Origin: Acanthaster planci
Lineage: Eukaryota
Length of the DNA: 64,000 nucleotides
Assembly: GCF_001949145.1 (NCBI RefSeq)
Contig: NW_019091360.1
Location: 2,415,599 to 2,479,598 of the forward strand
Direction: 5' to 3'
The position numbers and the translations under genes were made by a program. Below are positions 36,801 to 49,000 of the stretch, piece by piece. Within the stretch, counting starts at the first letter, position 1. Every line of letters starts with the position of its first letter. A model generated the notes under the pieces. That model was not told the DNA's origin and did no database searches. It saw only the letters and a list, made by a program, of their open reading frames with translations.

Positions 36801-39800
36801 TTAACAGCACGAAGTGGTATGATATTATTTTCTAACATTATTACATATTTTAAGCGATAATAAACGTTTATATAAGGAATGGGGATGTTTAAAGTTTGAA
36901 TGCCCAGTAACACAAGAATTACATAAACTGTATAACTATGGGTGTAGAAATTGTCTTCAGAAAGGCCACTCGAAACATGAGCATGAAAATTGTCATGAAA
37001 TCATTTTTGGCAAATGAAAACGACATCAGTGAGACTCGAATTAAGATGTGAAATTTGCATTCTCAGTGTTCAACGGATACAATTAAAAATATGTCTTGTA
37101 TAATTTAGAAAACTGTTTTCAGCTTGAAGAAAAAACCCCTTCCAGCTTAAAAAGATTTGTAGCATGTGTGATTTGATAAGTAGTCGTGGAATTTGGACTT
37201 AAAAAAGTAGTAATATGTTAATTAGCTCCAATGGACTCGCCAGGAGAGGCCACCCCCTTTACCAAGGGTTAAAATTGTACCCAGTCCCGACGTGTTCACG
37301 ATAACAAAGCTATCTTATTTTCTGTCATCATGTACCTAGAGTTGATAGTTATTTCCATTTAGGTTGTGTAATTACGGTATCTTTTTGCATATGAGCATGC
37401 ATATTAAGCATTTAACAGAAATATTCAGTCATTAATTTTTGCCTCACTGTTTATGCATCTTTTCTCTTCAAAGTATCTCAAAATATGGAGGGCCTGACTT
37501 TCCGATCCTAGCAGAATCTTTCTCAATGGCAAAAATCAAGTATGAGAACCTTTTGAAATCCTTTTCGAGTTAAGCGTATTTAAAGTGCATTCTTGTAACA
37601 TATAAGAATTGCCCAATCATTTCTGTAAGAGTGTGGACACACTGTGACCTACATCAGGGAAGATACTGTTCAGTTTGAATGTTTTCATGTTCAAATTTTG
37701 AACCCCAAATTTGCTCTGTGAAAACATTTTTTTAAAAGGTTGCTCGCAGGATTACCGCTATACTTACACATTAATGAATCGCGAAAGAAATGAAAATTTC
37801 CGATTGCAAACTACAAAAAAACTCGGGTTTTTGTGCAAAAATCGGCACAACGTTGATTTCAGTACCTTGTTTTACATTACGGTTTTGTCATGAAATTGGA
37901 GGTTTCATTGGCATAAAGCCACGCAGACTCCAAACGTCATATTAAAATAACAAAGCAAACTGAAACACAAGGGTCAATTGCAAGGGTTGAAGTAAAATAA
38001 CTCTGTTATATGGGTTAGTTCTCTTGCATTCTGGTAACACTGCAAATTTGAGTAAACACACGGAAATTTTGTGTATTCAAGTGACTAATTTTTCACCCTC
38101 CAAACCAGCGTGCTCAATCCCGTGCTTTTTAATTTGCTAGCATTATTTTCTAAATGTTTTAGAGGCCATTTTACTGTAGGTGTTAAATATTTTGGATTGG
38201 CAAAAAATGGATTCCCCAGTCCATATGTTCCCACGTGCCAATTGTGTAGCAGCACGAACACACACCCCACCCACGATGAAAACAAATGGCAATTCATTCG
38301 TACTTGTCAATCACTTACATTATATAGAAATAGGAGCCTTTTAAGGGTTGTGGAATTTTTAGTTGTTGGATGTGCTTTCATACGCATTCCTATTTCCGAC
38401 GCAAAAATGCATGCGGTTTCTGACATGCTAAAGCTTAACCTCGGTAGAACAATGTAAATTGATTGACTGTTTGGTACTGGCGTCACCCACGTGCCAAGAC
38501 TAATTACGATTACAAAAGTCGCGTGGAACGGCATTCACCCTTCGTGTCAATCACCACGAGGAGGCACGTGTGACTTATCGACCCAAATACCGTTAATCAC
38601 GAAATGGGACAAAAAAAGGTCACTCTCTACAAAGTACGGAACTAGTTTTCGGCTTGGTGTCGCAGAACTGGTTAACAAACTTTGGAAATTTTCCAAAATG
38701 TTGCACAATTATGGTTAAACCACCCGAAGAAAAAACAATGGTCGGTGATGACGTCCCCGAAGGACGTAAGAGAAGGTTACAGAAAGATTTTGTTGTAATC
38801 AGTAATGAGATTTAGTTGTCAATAAATGTCTTTCTATAGATGTATTAAATGACGAACTTCAGACAGCTCATACATTTTCAGGCTAATGTCATTAAAAAAT
38901 CTTTAAAGGCTCATTCGGGTTGATTTTAAATTGAATGATCCCATTTATAAAAGCATTCGACATTATTTTGAGTAGTCTGTGGATTCCAAACCAGTGGCTA
39001 TACTCGTTCAGTCGTTCAGTCTCGTTGCTGTGGCTGCGTTCCATGGTTTATATTCTTTATATTTCTGATAAAAATGGATTTTCCACGATTGTGGCGTAGG
39101 TCATGGGGTCCAGGCGGGCTAGTAATTTTTTCCCAAAACGACCGTCCATAAATGACTGTTTGCATCCATAACAGAACCCCCCCCAAAAGAAAAGTGACAC
39201 GTAGTACTATTTCTATAATGTTAGCGCTTTCGATTTCTTCAGTAAAAAAGAAAAATGCCCCCTTTCTGCTGCATGTTCGAAGGAATGAAAAGATTTATTT
39301 AGGGAGTGTAGTGAAGCAAAAACTTAGGGTTTTTCGGTGTGAAAACAATAACCCTGCGGTGTTGTTCCTACCAACTTTTGTTTACTTTTACTTTGAAATT
39401 ATCGTGATTAAAAGCACAAAGAAAAACGAACAGTGCGATAAATGTGAAAACGTTTCATGATTGTAAGTCATCAAATCTGGGAAAGTATGTTATACGCAAG
39501 TGAGCCTTCATAATTACATCCTTGTGTCGTGTACGTATAAGTCGCAGAACAATAAAGTTGCGCAGCGATCATGCAGCTATGACTCATATCTACCATGTAG
39601 AGGGTGCACTTTTAACGAGTTTTTGATAGTCTTTGTCCATTTCCTAAAAATTAGTCTATTCCTGGTTTGGAAATTTTCTTGAATAAGCAAACAAACAAGG
39701 ACTGGTATTTAAATTCATTCAAATCAAAATCAAAGTAAAGCTCATAACTTTAACTGCAGATTTAGTTGTCATCATTTACGTTACTGGGGTCGCGGCTTGA

Positions 39801-40060
39801 ATTAAGTTTCCGGACATACTGTGACCCTGCCTCCAAAATCACTTGGCTGCGGCTTGAAAGTAGACAGACCACTATGGGAACTGGCTGCAGCCATTGCCAT
39901 ACTTGCATGCATAGTTTCTAGCCTCAGCCAAGTCATTTGGACACGTATACAGCCTCGCTCATCATCAGAGATAGACTGGTCCCCCATCCCCCTTCGAAGT
40001 CCGAGGACAGATTGAAGGACTAGGAACCAGTTTAAATCGTAAGGGCCGTGAAACATCAAA

Positions 40061-43000
40061 ATGGAAGCCGTTCCGCGTATGTGTATGCTCAGTTTGGAGC
40101 TCAAATGGAGCTTGGAAAAAGTGGAATTTGGGCCCAGTCTCAAACAGGTAAGGGCTGTTTGAAATAGCCAGTATTTTGGGCCGTTTTTCTTTATACAAAG
40201 GTCACTTAAAAGCTTGGCATTACTTGACATTTCGTAGCGCCTAGCACAGTGTTTAGATCGTGACTATGACTAGTATTATTACTACACTACTATGAGTGTT
40301 GACGATTTGTCATGCTTTTGCGAACTTGATGTACTCACAGCACAATTGACTATGCAGTGAAAGGAAGGATTTTACTTTAATACCCCCACTTTGTTGGCCT
40401 TTTTTTTCTGTACCTCTTGGAAGAATGATTAAAGAATTAATCAGCCTGCGCCCACATCATACACTTTATTCCTCCATGATTATACTTTTAGGCCCCTATG
40501 CCCATAAAAATTATAATAGGGGGCCTAATCGAGTTGCAGAGTGGTAGGTTGGGGAAGGGATATTTAAAACAAAGAGGGGCGGGCTTTTGTAACCCCCCAA
40601 AAAGGTGTCCCCGCTTCCGCGTACTTTTGGTTTCCTCTATTCTTTCCCTCCCCCGTACCAATTTGGTCACCGATGTCATGTCACCATGCCAGTACTAACA
40701 TTATTACCCTGACTACCCATATGTCGTTTTCGAATGGTTTTAAATACATTTTCAGTACATTCAGAATCATTACATGGAAGAGCCTGGCAAATACAATGAA
40801 GAAATCAAGCAACTTGACCAACTGCGAGTGGTAAGTGAGACCTTGTCCCTGACGCAGCATTGTGTCTGTGTCTGTCACAGTACATGTTCATGCAGAAGTG
40901 GCATGATGCTGGTGTCATTCTGACACTGCGTGCTATCCAAGTTATGCTAGTTTTAGCCATTCAAAATTGAAAACTCATTGAAAAGTCATTTTTCAGAAAA
41001 CATTGAAATGATTGAACATCTTTCTTCCCCATCATATTGTTCCCCTTTGCATGTTGTGTTCTTTGAACTTGTAATTTACAAACACATGGTTGAAAACATG
41101 TACTGTCAATAGATTTTCCCCTAAGAATCACACTTGACTTTTTCATGCGCAGTATGTTAAATTTACATGATACTACATCAAGTGGCTACGTTGCTTGCCT
41201 CAATTGGCATATCTTCATATATACATGTATGTTACCTGGTGCAGAGTTTCAATTCCTCATTTGTAAAAATATCTGGCAATATTTGTAAGGTGGAATGCTT
41301 CTAGTTACTTACGGCACCAGATCCAAATGATCCACTCGTGCTGCAACCATAATCTGAACTTTATAATGGCTATGGAACATGTATGACATTGCAGTATTAA
41401 GTGATGGATTTTATTTTTCAATAATTCTGATATTGAACAAAGCTCATTGAAGTGCTTGGCATGAAACAAATGCTTCCGAAGCAAATCATTCAGAGTGTTG
41501 CTGTTAAGTCATTGAAATGCATATTGTAAAACTGCAGCTTTGCTGAATTGCATTTGCAGGTGCATGAAAATTTTTCTTGCTGAATGAAAAAGTGTTGATT
41601 TGGCTTGATCAGGTGGTTTAGTTCCTTCAATTTGAAACAAGAAAAAAATCATTATGATATATACATACATGTGTAAATTGGTGGTGAACGTTTAAACTAC
41701 TATATAGAATGCTACTAACGTGACCCGAGATTTCAATGGTATCAGCACCCTGAAGAAATACTATGGCCAGCTTCACCTGCTGACTAGCCGGTTCCCAATC
41801 ACAGATGGAGGGGAAGCTGCACCTGTCTTCACATGGTAATTGTTCCATCTTGATGTCTAGAAATTTAAATGCTGTGCAATGTGCAGTTGTCGGAAACAAC
41901 TCGTTCACCACTCCCTCCCAAAAAAGGCACGGTACATTCATGGCAGCTGTATGGTTCAGATGTTAGTGTACAAAAGGATATTAGTGACATGTTAAATTAC
42001 AGACATGGTGACATTGATGTAGGTACTTCTTCATATTAGTAATGTGCAACTTGTAATATGTATTGTCCATCGTAATAACTTAAAACAAGATTAACTACAA
42101 AGAATGAACCAAAACTATATTGCGGATGGTGTAAACTCACTAAGGTTGAAACACTTTACCTTATGAAGGGACCATTCCAATGACCTAGAGTTCCTCTATT
42201 GTGTTGACAGGATTGATACCTTTCATGAGGAGCCATTTTCCCATGCTGATGCCGCCTTTGATCAGAGCTGCATCCTCTACAACCTTGGAGTTCTCCATTC
42301 CATCTTGGGAGCTAAGGAGTCTCGGGCCAGTGAAGAGGTTGGTGCAGTCTTTCTTGTTCAGTCCTTGGCAACTGAGTCTTAAAACAGATTAAATTCCAAA
42401 CTCAGAATTGGAAGCATGTCTTCTATTGTTCTGCTTATTCAAAATATGGCCAACTTATTCATGGGTTATGAGAATTTTACACAGATTTCAAGATTTTACC
42501 TAAGCTTTTCACACACAATACATGTTAATAGAAAGTAGGTTTGCGGTAGCACCATGGACGTATCTCTTTTGTGAGTATTTGTGGTTCTGAAAAGAACCAG
42601 TGGTACTCGACGTTTCGAACAGTATGCTCTGCTCGTCATCAGGAGAATGATGACGAGCAGTACATGTTGGTGTTTGTACATGTAGCATGTGGCACACCAC
42701 AGAGCAAGTAAACTTGTTTGACCTTCACATGCTGAAGTTTCAGAACAATTCCTATGGAGTAAAAGTCTTAAGTATACAGGTGTGCATTTAAAGGTACAAG
42801 GGAAAATGGGCACCCTATACAATAAAATGTACCATAAAAACCTTTGGACATCATAAGTCATAACTTCTCCCCGTACCTCTTCATTGTCAAAGCTGAATGA
42901 AGAGTGAAGAAATTATCACTAACAATTACTGAAATGCATATATTTAATGGTTTTTACTTAAGATTTTTCCCAGAGAAACTTCAAACCTTTCTGCTTTATT

Positions 43001-46000
43001 GTCTGAGAGATTACTGAGTGATTGTTAATAGTTTGTTGGAAGCACTTGCTCCAATAATTGGGAACCGATTCCATATTTTAGCTATCCAACATTCGGGCTC
43101 CTGGTTTGATGGACATCCCTAATCTTGTAAGAAACTTTCTCTTTTCTTTTTAAATATTTTTCACAGGAGATGAAGGTTGCCTGTACTCATTTCCAGTGTG
43201 CTGCGGGTGCTTTCAGCTACCTCAAGGACCATTTCCAGAGTTGTATGAGTCCGGATATCTCCTTTGACCTCATGACAATCTACATTAATCTAATGCTGGT
43301 ATGCTACAGTTTGCAGTGCTTAGAGTGGATAACTTTAAAGCTTTCTCAGTTACTCATCTGCAAATTATCATTAGTTGCATTCTGAGAAAAGTCTCAATGT
43401 GACAATCGCTGTCAACTACATGCGGCAGTTTGTAGCATAAAAATCACACCTTAAGACTGAGAAGCCAATTTCATAAAATGGAGTAAAACTTATTGGCATT
43501 TGTAAGATTTGTTCAACCCATTTGTCGTACAGATTTGCATTGCATTTAGGAGCAGTTTCTTAAAACCTGGTAGTTTTAGATAAAAACAACTTTTAAAATG
43601 ACAATCAGTGTTTGTTGTATGATTCCATTAAGGTCACAAAATAGGTCATGAATTATTATGTACACAGAATCTCAAAAATGCTATCAAATTTCTGGTTTCA
43701 ACCTAGATAAGTTTGGATGATGTTGGACAAACGTCAAGCATAGTTTCCTCATATAGTTAACCANNNNNNNNNNNNNNNNNNNNNNNNNNNNNNNNNNNNN
43801 NNNNNNNNNNNNNNNNNNNNNNNNNNNNNNNNNNNNNNNNNNNNNNNNNNNNNNNNNNNNNNNNNNNNNNNNNNNNNNNNNNNNNNNNNNNNNNNNNNNN
43901 NNNNNNNNNNNNNNNNNNNNNNNNNNNNNNNNNNNNNNNNNNNNNNNNNNNNNNNNNNNNNNNNNNNNNNNNNNNNNNNNNNNNNNNNNNNNNNNNNNNN
44001 NNNNNNNNNNNNNNNNNNNNNNNNNNNNNNNNNNNNNNNNNNNNNNNNNNNNNNNNNNNNNNNNNNNNNNNNNNNNNNNNNNNNNNNNNNNNNNNNNNNN
44101 NNNNNNNNNNNNNNNNNNNNNNNNNNNNNNNNNNNNNNNNNNNNNNNNNNNNNNNNNNNNNNNNNNNNNNNNNNNNNNNNNNNNNNNNNNNNNNNNNNNN
44201 NNNNNNNNNNNNNNNNNNNNNNNNNNNNNNNNNNNNNNNNNNNNNNNNNNNNNNNNNNNNNNNNNNNNNNNNNNNNNNNNNNNNNNNNNNNNNNNNNNNN
44301 NNNNNNNNNNNNNNNNNCGTTGTGCTGCAGGACTCACTTTGTCTCAGAGACAAACATTTTAACTCACTCCTGTGTCTTTGTTATAAAATGCTGACTACGA
44401 TTTGATGGCTGTTATTTTATAGGGACAGGCCCAAGAGTGTCTACTGGAGAAATCCATGCAGGACAACCGTAAGAGCTCCCTGGTGGCTCGCATCAGCATG
44501 CAGGTGATTGACTACTACCGTCAGGCACTCCGGGGACTGGAGGATAGCAACATCAGCAGTCTGATGGGCTCTCGCAGGAGCAAGACATGGAGGAAGACCA
44601 TCCAAGTTAAGATCGCACACTTCCTTAGTGTGGCCTATGTAAGTTCAGGTGCCTCTCTGGGGAATTCGTTGCACTCAGTCTGTGGGATAACAGAATTTTG
44701 TCGGGTGGATTTTTACTGAAATCATCAGAGATCCTGGCTGCAGCCTAAACCAGCAGTAAATGGTTTGTTGTACACAGGACTAGAATTTCATGACAAAACC
44801 ACTTCTCTATGAAAAAGGAAGATACCTGATTTAATGGACAGGTCAACATAGACAACAGCATGTGTAGCTGTTTTCAACTTAGTCCTACTGTTAGGAATTA
44901 AGGATTTAAAAAGCTTGAGTTGAAAGAGCTGTGAAACCTGACTTTAAGATGTTTGAGGTTTGGTTCCTGAACTCTTTCAAAAGAGTCTTCCACAACCTTT
45001 TTCATGTTGTAGATGTACATGAGCAACCAGTCACATGAAAAGCAGAAGCATGGTGAGAGAGTGAGCTGGCTTCAGCAAGCCTTGGACAGACACAACGAAG
45101 CTATCAAATTATCAAAGGTAATTAACCATGTGTGCCTGCAGAACATGAAACTTTTAACTCACAGGTAATAGCAAATTCCTCAAGGTTTTAAAACGTGCTA
45201 ACTTTATCAAAACATTTTCTAATCCTAAGCACTGTTTTATGGTGGTGCTTGGCATGGTTGTGCTAACGGTTGTGCGCTCACAGAGATTTCTGTTGTTATG
45301 TCGCTAAGTTTCAGCAAATGTTTCCTCAAGGTCCACATGCCTTTGGCTGTGCTAACTGTTTATGGTCGCCATGAAATACATAGAGCCTCTGTTAAAGCGA
45401 AATCGTGTGCTAAGCAGCTCCATGAAATTTGGCCCTGGTCTACACAAGCAGGTCTTACAAATTTGGGGGGCACAAGCTCTTACTGTGAGATTCTTTTACA
45501 AATACTGCATCAGTGAAGCAATGAAAATGAAGTCCTTATGAGAAGGTATCCAAACTGTCTGTGAAGTGCTGACAGACCTGCAGTTGTGCTAGTAAGTTTA
45601 GGTGATCATGTGATCATAAACCTTGAAACGCTTCAGCATCTTCAAAATACATCGGAAGTTTGGGGAAGTTAGAACCCAACTACGATGGAGCTTGAGACCC
45701 TGTTAAAAGTTCATGTTACAGGAATGTCAACAAGTCCAATCTAAGGGGAATTTTTAAAAACTCAGTAAGGTCCCTGTTAGGGCTGTACCAAATGTTTTAA
45801 TACTCAACTGAATGGCTTTTGAATATTTATTTTTGGAACTGAATATTCAGTATAAAAATGTACTAAAACAAAAAAGGAAAAACTTCATTTTACAACCTTA
45901 TTTCATGGTGTTACAAGAAACTTAAAAGTTAGGAAGAAGATTAAGGCCAAAACTACCATTGTTTTCCCCAGCTTTCATTCTTTTTTTCTAACCCAACTCC

Positions 46001-49000
46001 AATGTATTATTTAAAAGTAGAAAAAAAGCTGATGATGTCTGTCCCTACAAATGTTTTTTCTCATATTTTTAATGTAAAAATATTTTAACATTAATTGCTG
46101 TTTTAATTCTTTTCTTGTCAGTTGACTATTTTTATAAGCTATTTCAGTATTGTGCTTGTGGTCAGGAGGAAATTTTGTTTTGATATGACGAAATATTCAG
46201 TCAAATTGAAGGTTGATTATTTGAATACCAAATTATTCAAACTCACACTGCCCTAGTCCCTGTCAAAAATGCCCAGGGAGATATAGCCAGTATGCTGCTT
46301 GTTTTTGCACAGGGAGCAGACAATGCTATCCTTCAAGCCCTCAACTTCACCAAAGATGTGGTCCTGGGGAAGTTTGATGCTGCCAAAAAGGATAACGACT
46401 TTGTGTATCATGATGCCATGCCAGCATTCGAGAACCTCCCAGAAATTAAAGGTGTGGTTTCGGACTTGCACCTTGTTTACTTGTGAAAGAAGTTACAATA
46501 ACTCACTTCATAGTTCAAAGTTTATAATTATATGTCTTTATGTTGCTAGGGTAAACATACTTGAAGGGAAACAATGATTTCATTTTCAAATATTCACCTG
46601 CTATTATACAAATAATCCGCTATTCAAAATTTCAAACAGACACCCCCCAAATGGTCACTGCTTTCAGCATTTGTGTAATTTTTGAAAGACTTCTTAACCA
46701 CTCCCTGCCGGGTGACCGGTTTTCGAGTACATGGGCTTTATATGCAGAGCCGGGGAGCCTGGAACTGGGACAAAAGATTTGGGCCTCATAACAAAAGACC
46801 GTGCTCAGCACAAAAGACTGAGCTGCTTGGCATTACCGACATTTTTTCGCTCTCAATATTGGAAATAATCCAGCCGTGTTTTGAAAAAGGGGGTTACCAC
46901 CGGGGACAAAATCTCTCCACCACCACAGCGCTGAGCCACACAGCACCACTGCACGTTAATCTGGCCCCTATTAAAAAGAGGTCAGCAGTGCACCGTGCCG
47001 GTTTCGGGAACAAAAGAATCTTACGTAACACCACACAATCTGGGCTCTTTTTCCAAGGCTGCAGGCCTGGCTGAAATATTCAGGAGTCAATGAATTTTAC
47101 CTGTCAGCTTTAGAGTAGTGCCCAAAGAGTCCTTCATTTTGGTATAAACGGCTATTAAATGAAATGATAAATTTTTGAAGAATTTTGAAAGCGGAAAATC
47201 TTGAAAAGGACCCTGTATCTTGTCTTGCTCAAGAAAAATCCACCCGGCAGCAAGTGGTTAAGTTTTGGTTTTTCCAAAGAGTACTTTTTGAAGAGATTTG
47301 TCTTTGCTATGACCGTAGACATTTTTTATCACTAGCAAAACCATAGATGTTATCCAAAATTCCAGTGAACCCCATTAAGTTTTATTAGTGAATTCTTCAT
47401 TCAAAATTGGGCTCTAGGTCTCACTCTTGAAGCCTTTTCAGTATGGGATGGAATATGCAAGGGTTTTTGAGTTCTGAGAAGGTTGAACAGTATGTTCTGT
47501 ACACAAAAAGTCCAAGAGATGGGGAGATGGGGTTGAAAAGGGCTTTTTAAAAGTGACAAAATAGTGAAATATTTTATATGTCAAGGATTGAAGTCCAAAA
47601 ATGTGTCAAAGCGTTTTTACAATATATCAATAATTGTTTTGTGACTTCCATTAGGTGCCTCCCTGGTCAAATCTTTGACCTTTCAACCCTATGACGAGAG
47701 CATAGCGGGGCCAGATATCTTCAAGAAGTTGGTTCCCATAGAAGCTCACGAGGCTGCCTCAATGTACAGTGAAGAAAAAGCCAAACTGCTTCGACGGGTG
47801 GGAGATGAAATCGAACAGAAGTCTAAACATCTGGAGTAAGTCAGCATCTGAACAATACGTCTTGAACATTCCCCAATAAGGCTAGCACAAAATGGGGTTA
47901 AGTTGCAAATAATTGCATCAGGAAGTTGTTTCACTTGATATATAGTTTGACAGTAAGAATAGACCATTTGGAGAAATGCACTTGTTATTTGACAGAACAT
48001 AAGAGAAGTAGATCCTCAGTTGTTTGCTTACTAAAGCTGTCAATATTGGAAAGCTGTCCGTACATATTGTTTTTCATTGAAACTCACTTCTTCATCACTC
48101 TGTCATGTAAACCCATGTCATCCTTCCGAAATGAAGAAAGTATGCATCATTCACACAGTGATGAACAAAGGGTAGTTTACTGCACAAGTTTATGATCTAG
48201 CAGTCTGTATTCATTTGGATGGCTACTGGATTAAACTACCATCGGTGTCCTGAGTCACTGCCAGCGGAAGTGTATGCATGCAATTTCTCCCCTATGATAC
48301 AAACACAGTATCCATAAAGTCTATTGAAGTGGACTGTGTGTCATCCTTGAACATAGTTGCAGTGCATTGTCTTGTTATGGAAGATATTACTCGTAGTGTT
48401 GCAAAATATAAAAAGAAGTATCATACAAGGATTTTGCAAATGACCCTATACGAGTCAGTAGTTGTGACGTTTGGCTGTACGTTAGCCACTGCATCTTGCC
48501 ATTTTTGAAAGTTTCTGGCCAAAATAATTCAATCTGCAAGCGATTTACAGACACTCTGTATTTCTTCTTGCAGGCAGTTTATGGCCTCCTTGCAGCTTGA
48601 CCAGCTCAAACTTGACGCTGCAGACGAGCCTGAAAGACTGCCTCAGGTCATGTTGGAGGTGTGTGCTGCCCTCAGTGTCAAGAATGATCCCATCAGGCAA
48701 TTGGTGAACTGCATGCAAGGTCAGTATTATGTACATACACAAAATGTAATCAAGAGAAAGATGCATTCAACTTAATTGACTTCAAGTAGAAATCCTGCTA
48801 AAATACAACAACATGCAACAATTGCTTAGTGTAACAACATCAAACAGGTGAGTTATCCTGAGGCCAAGTCACAACAGCGTCCCAACCTATCAGCTACCAC
48901 AGGACAGTGCTTACCATAAGCACTGTTTCGTGGCGGTGCTTGCCATGGTTTTGCTAACGGTTGCGTATGCATGAGGATTTTCATTGTTATGACATTAAGT

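Noticed and set aside
43684..44353. Long ORFs of 217 and 198 aa, and similar ORFs at 21613 and 35379
   Set aside because: Artefacts of reading through N gaps.
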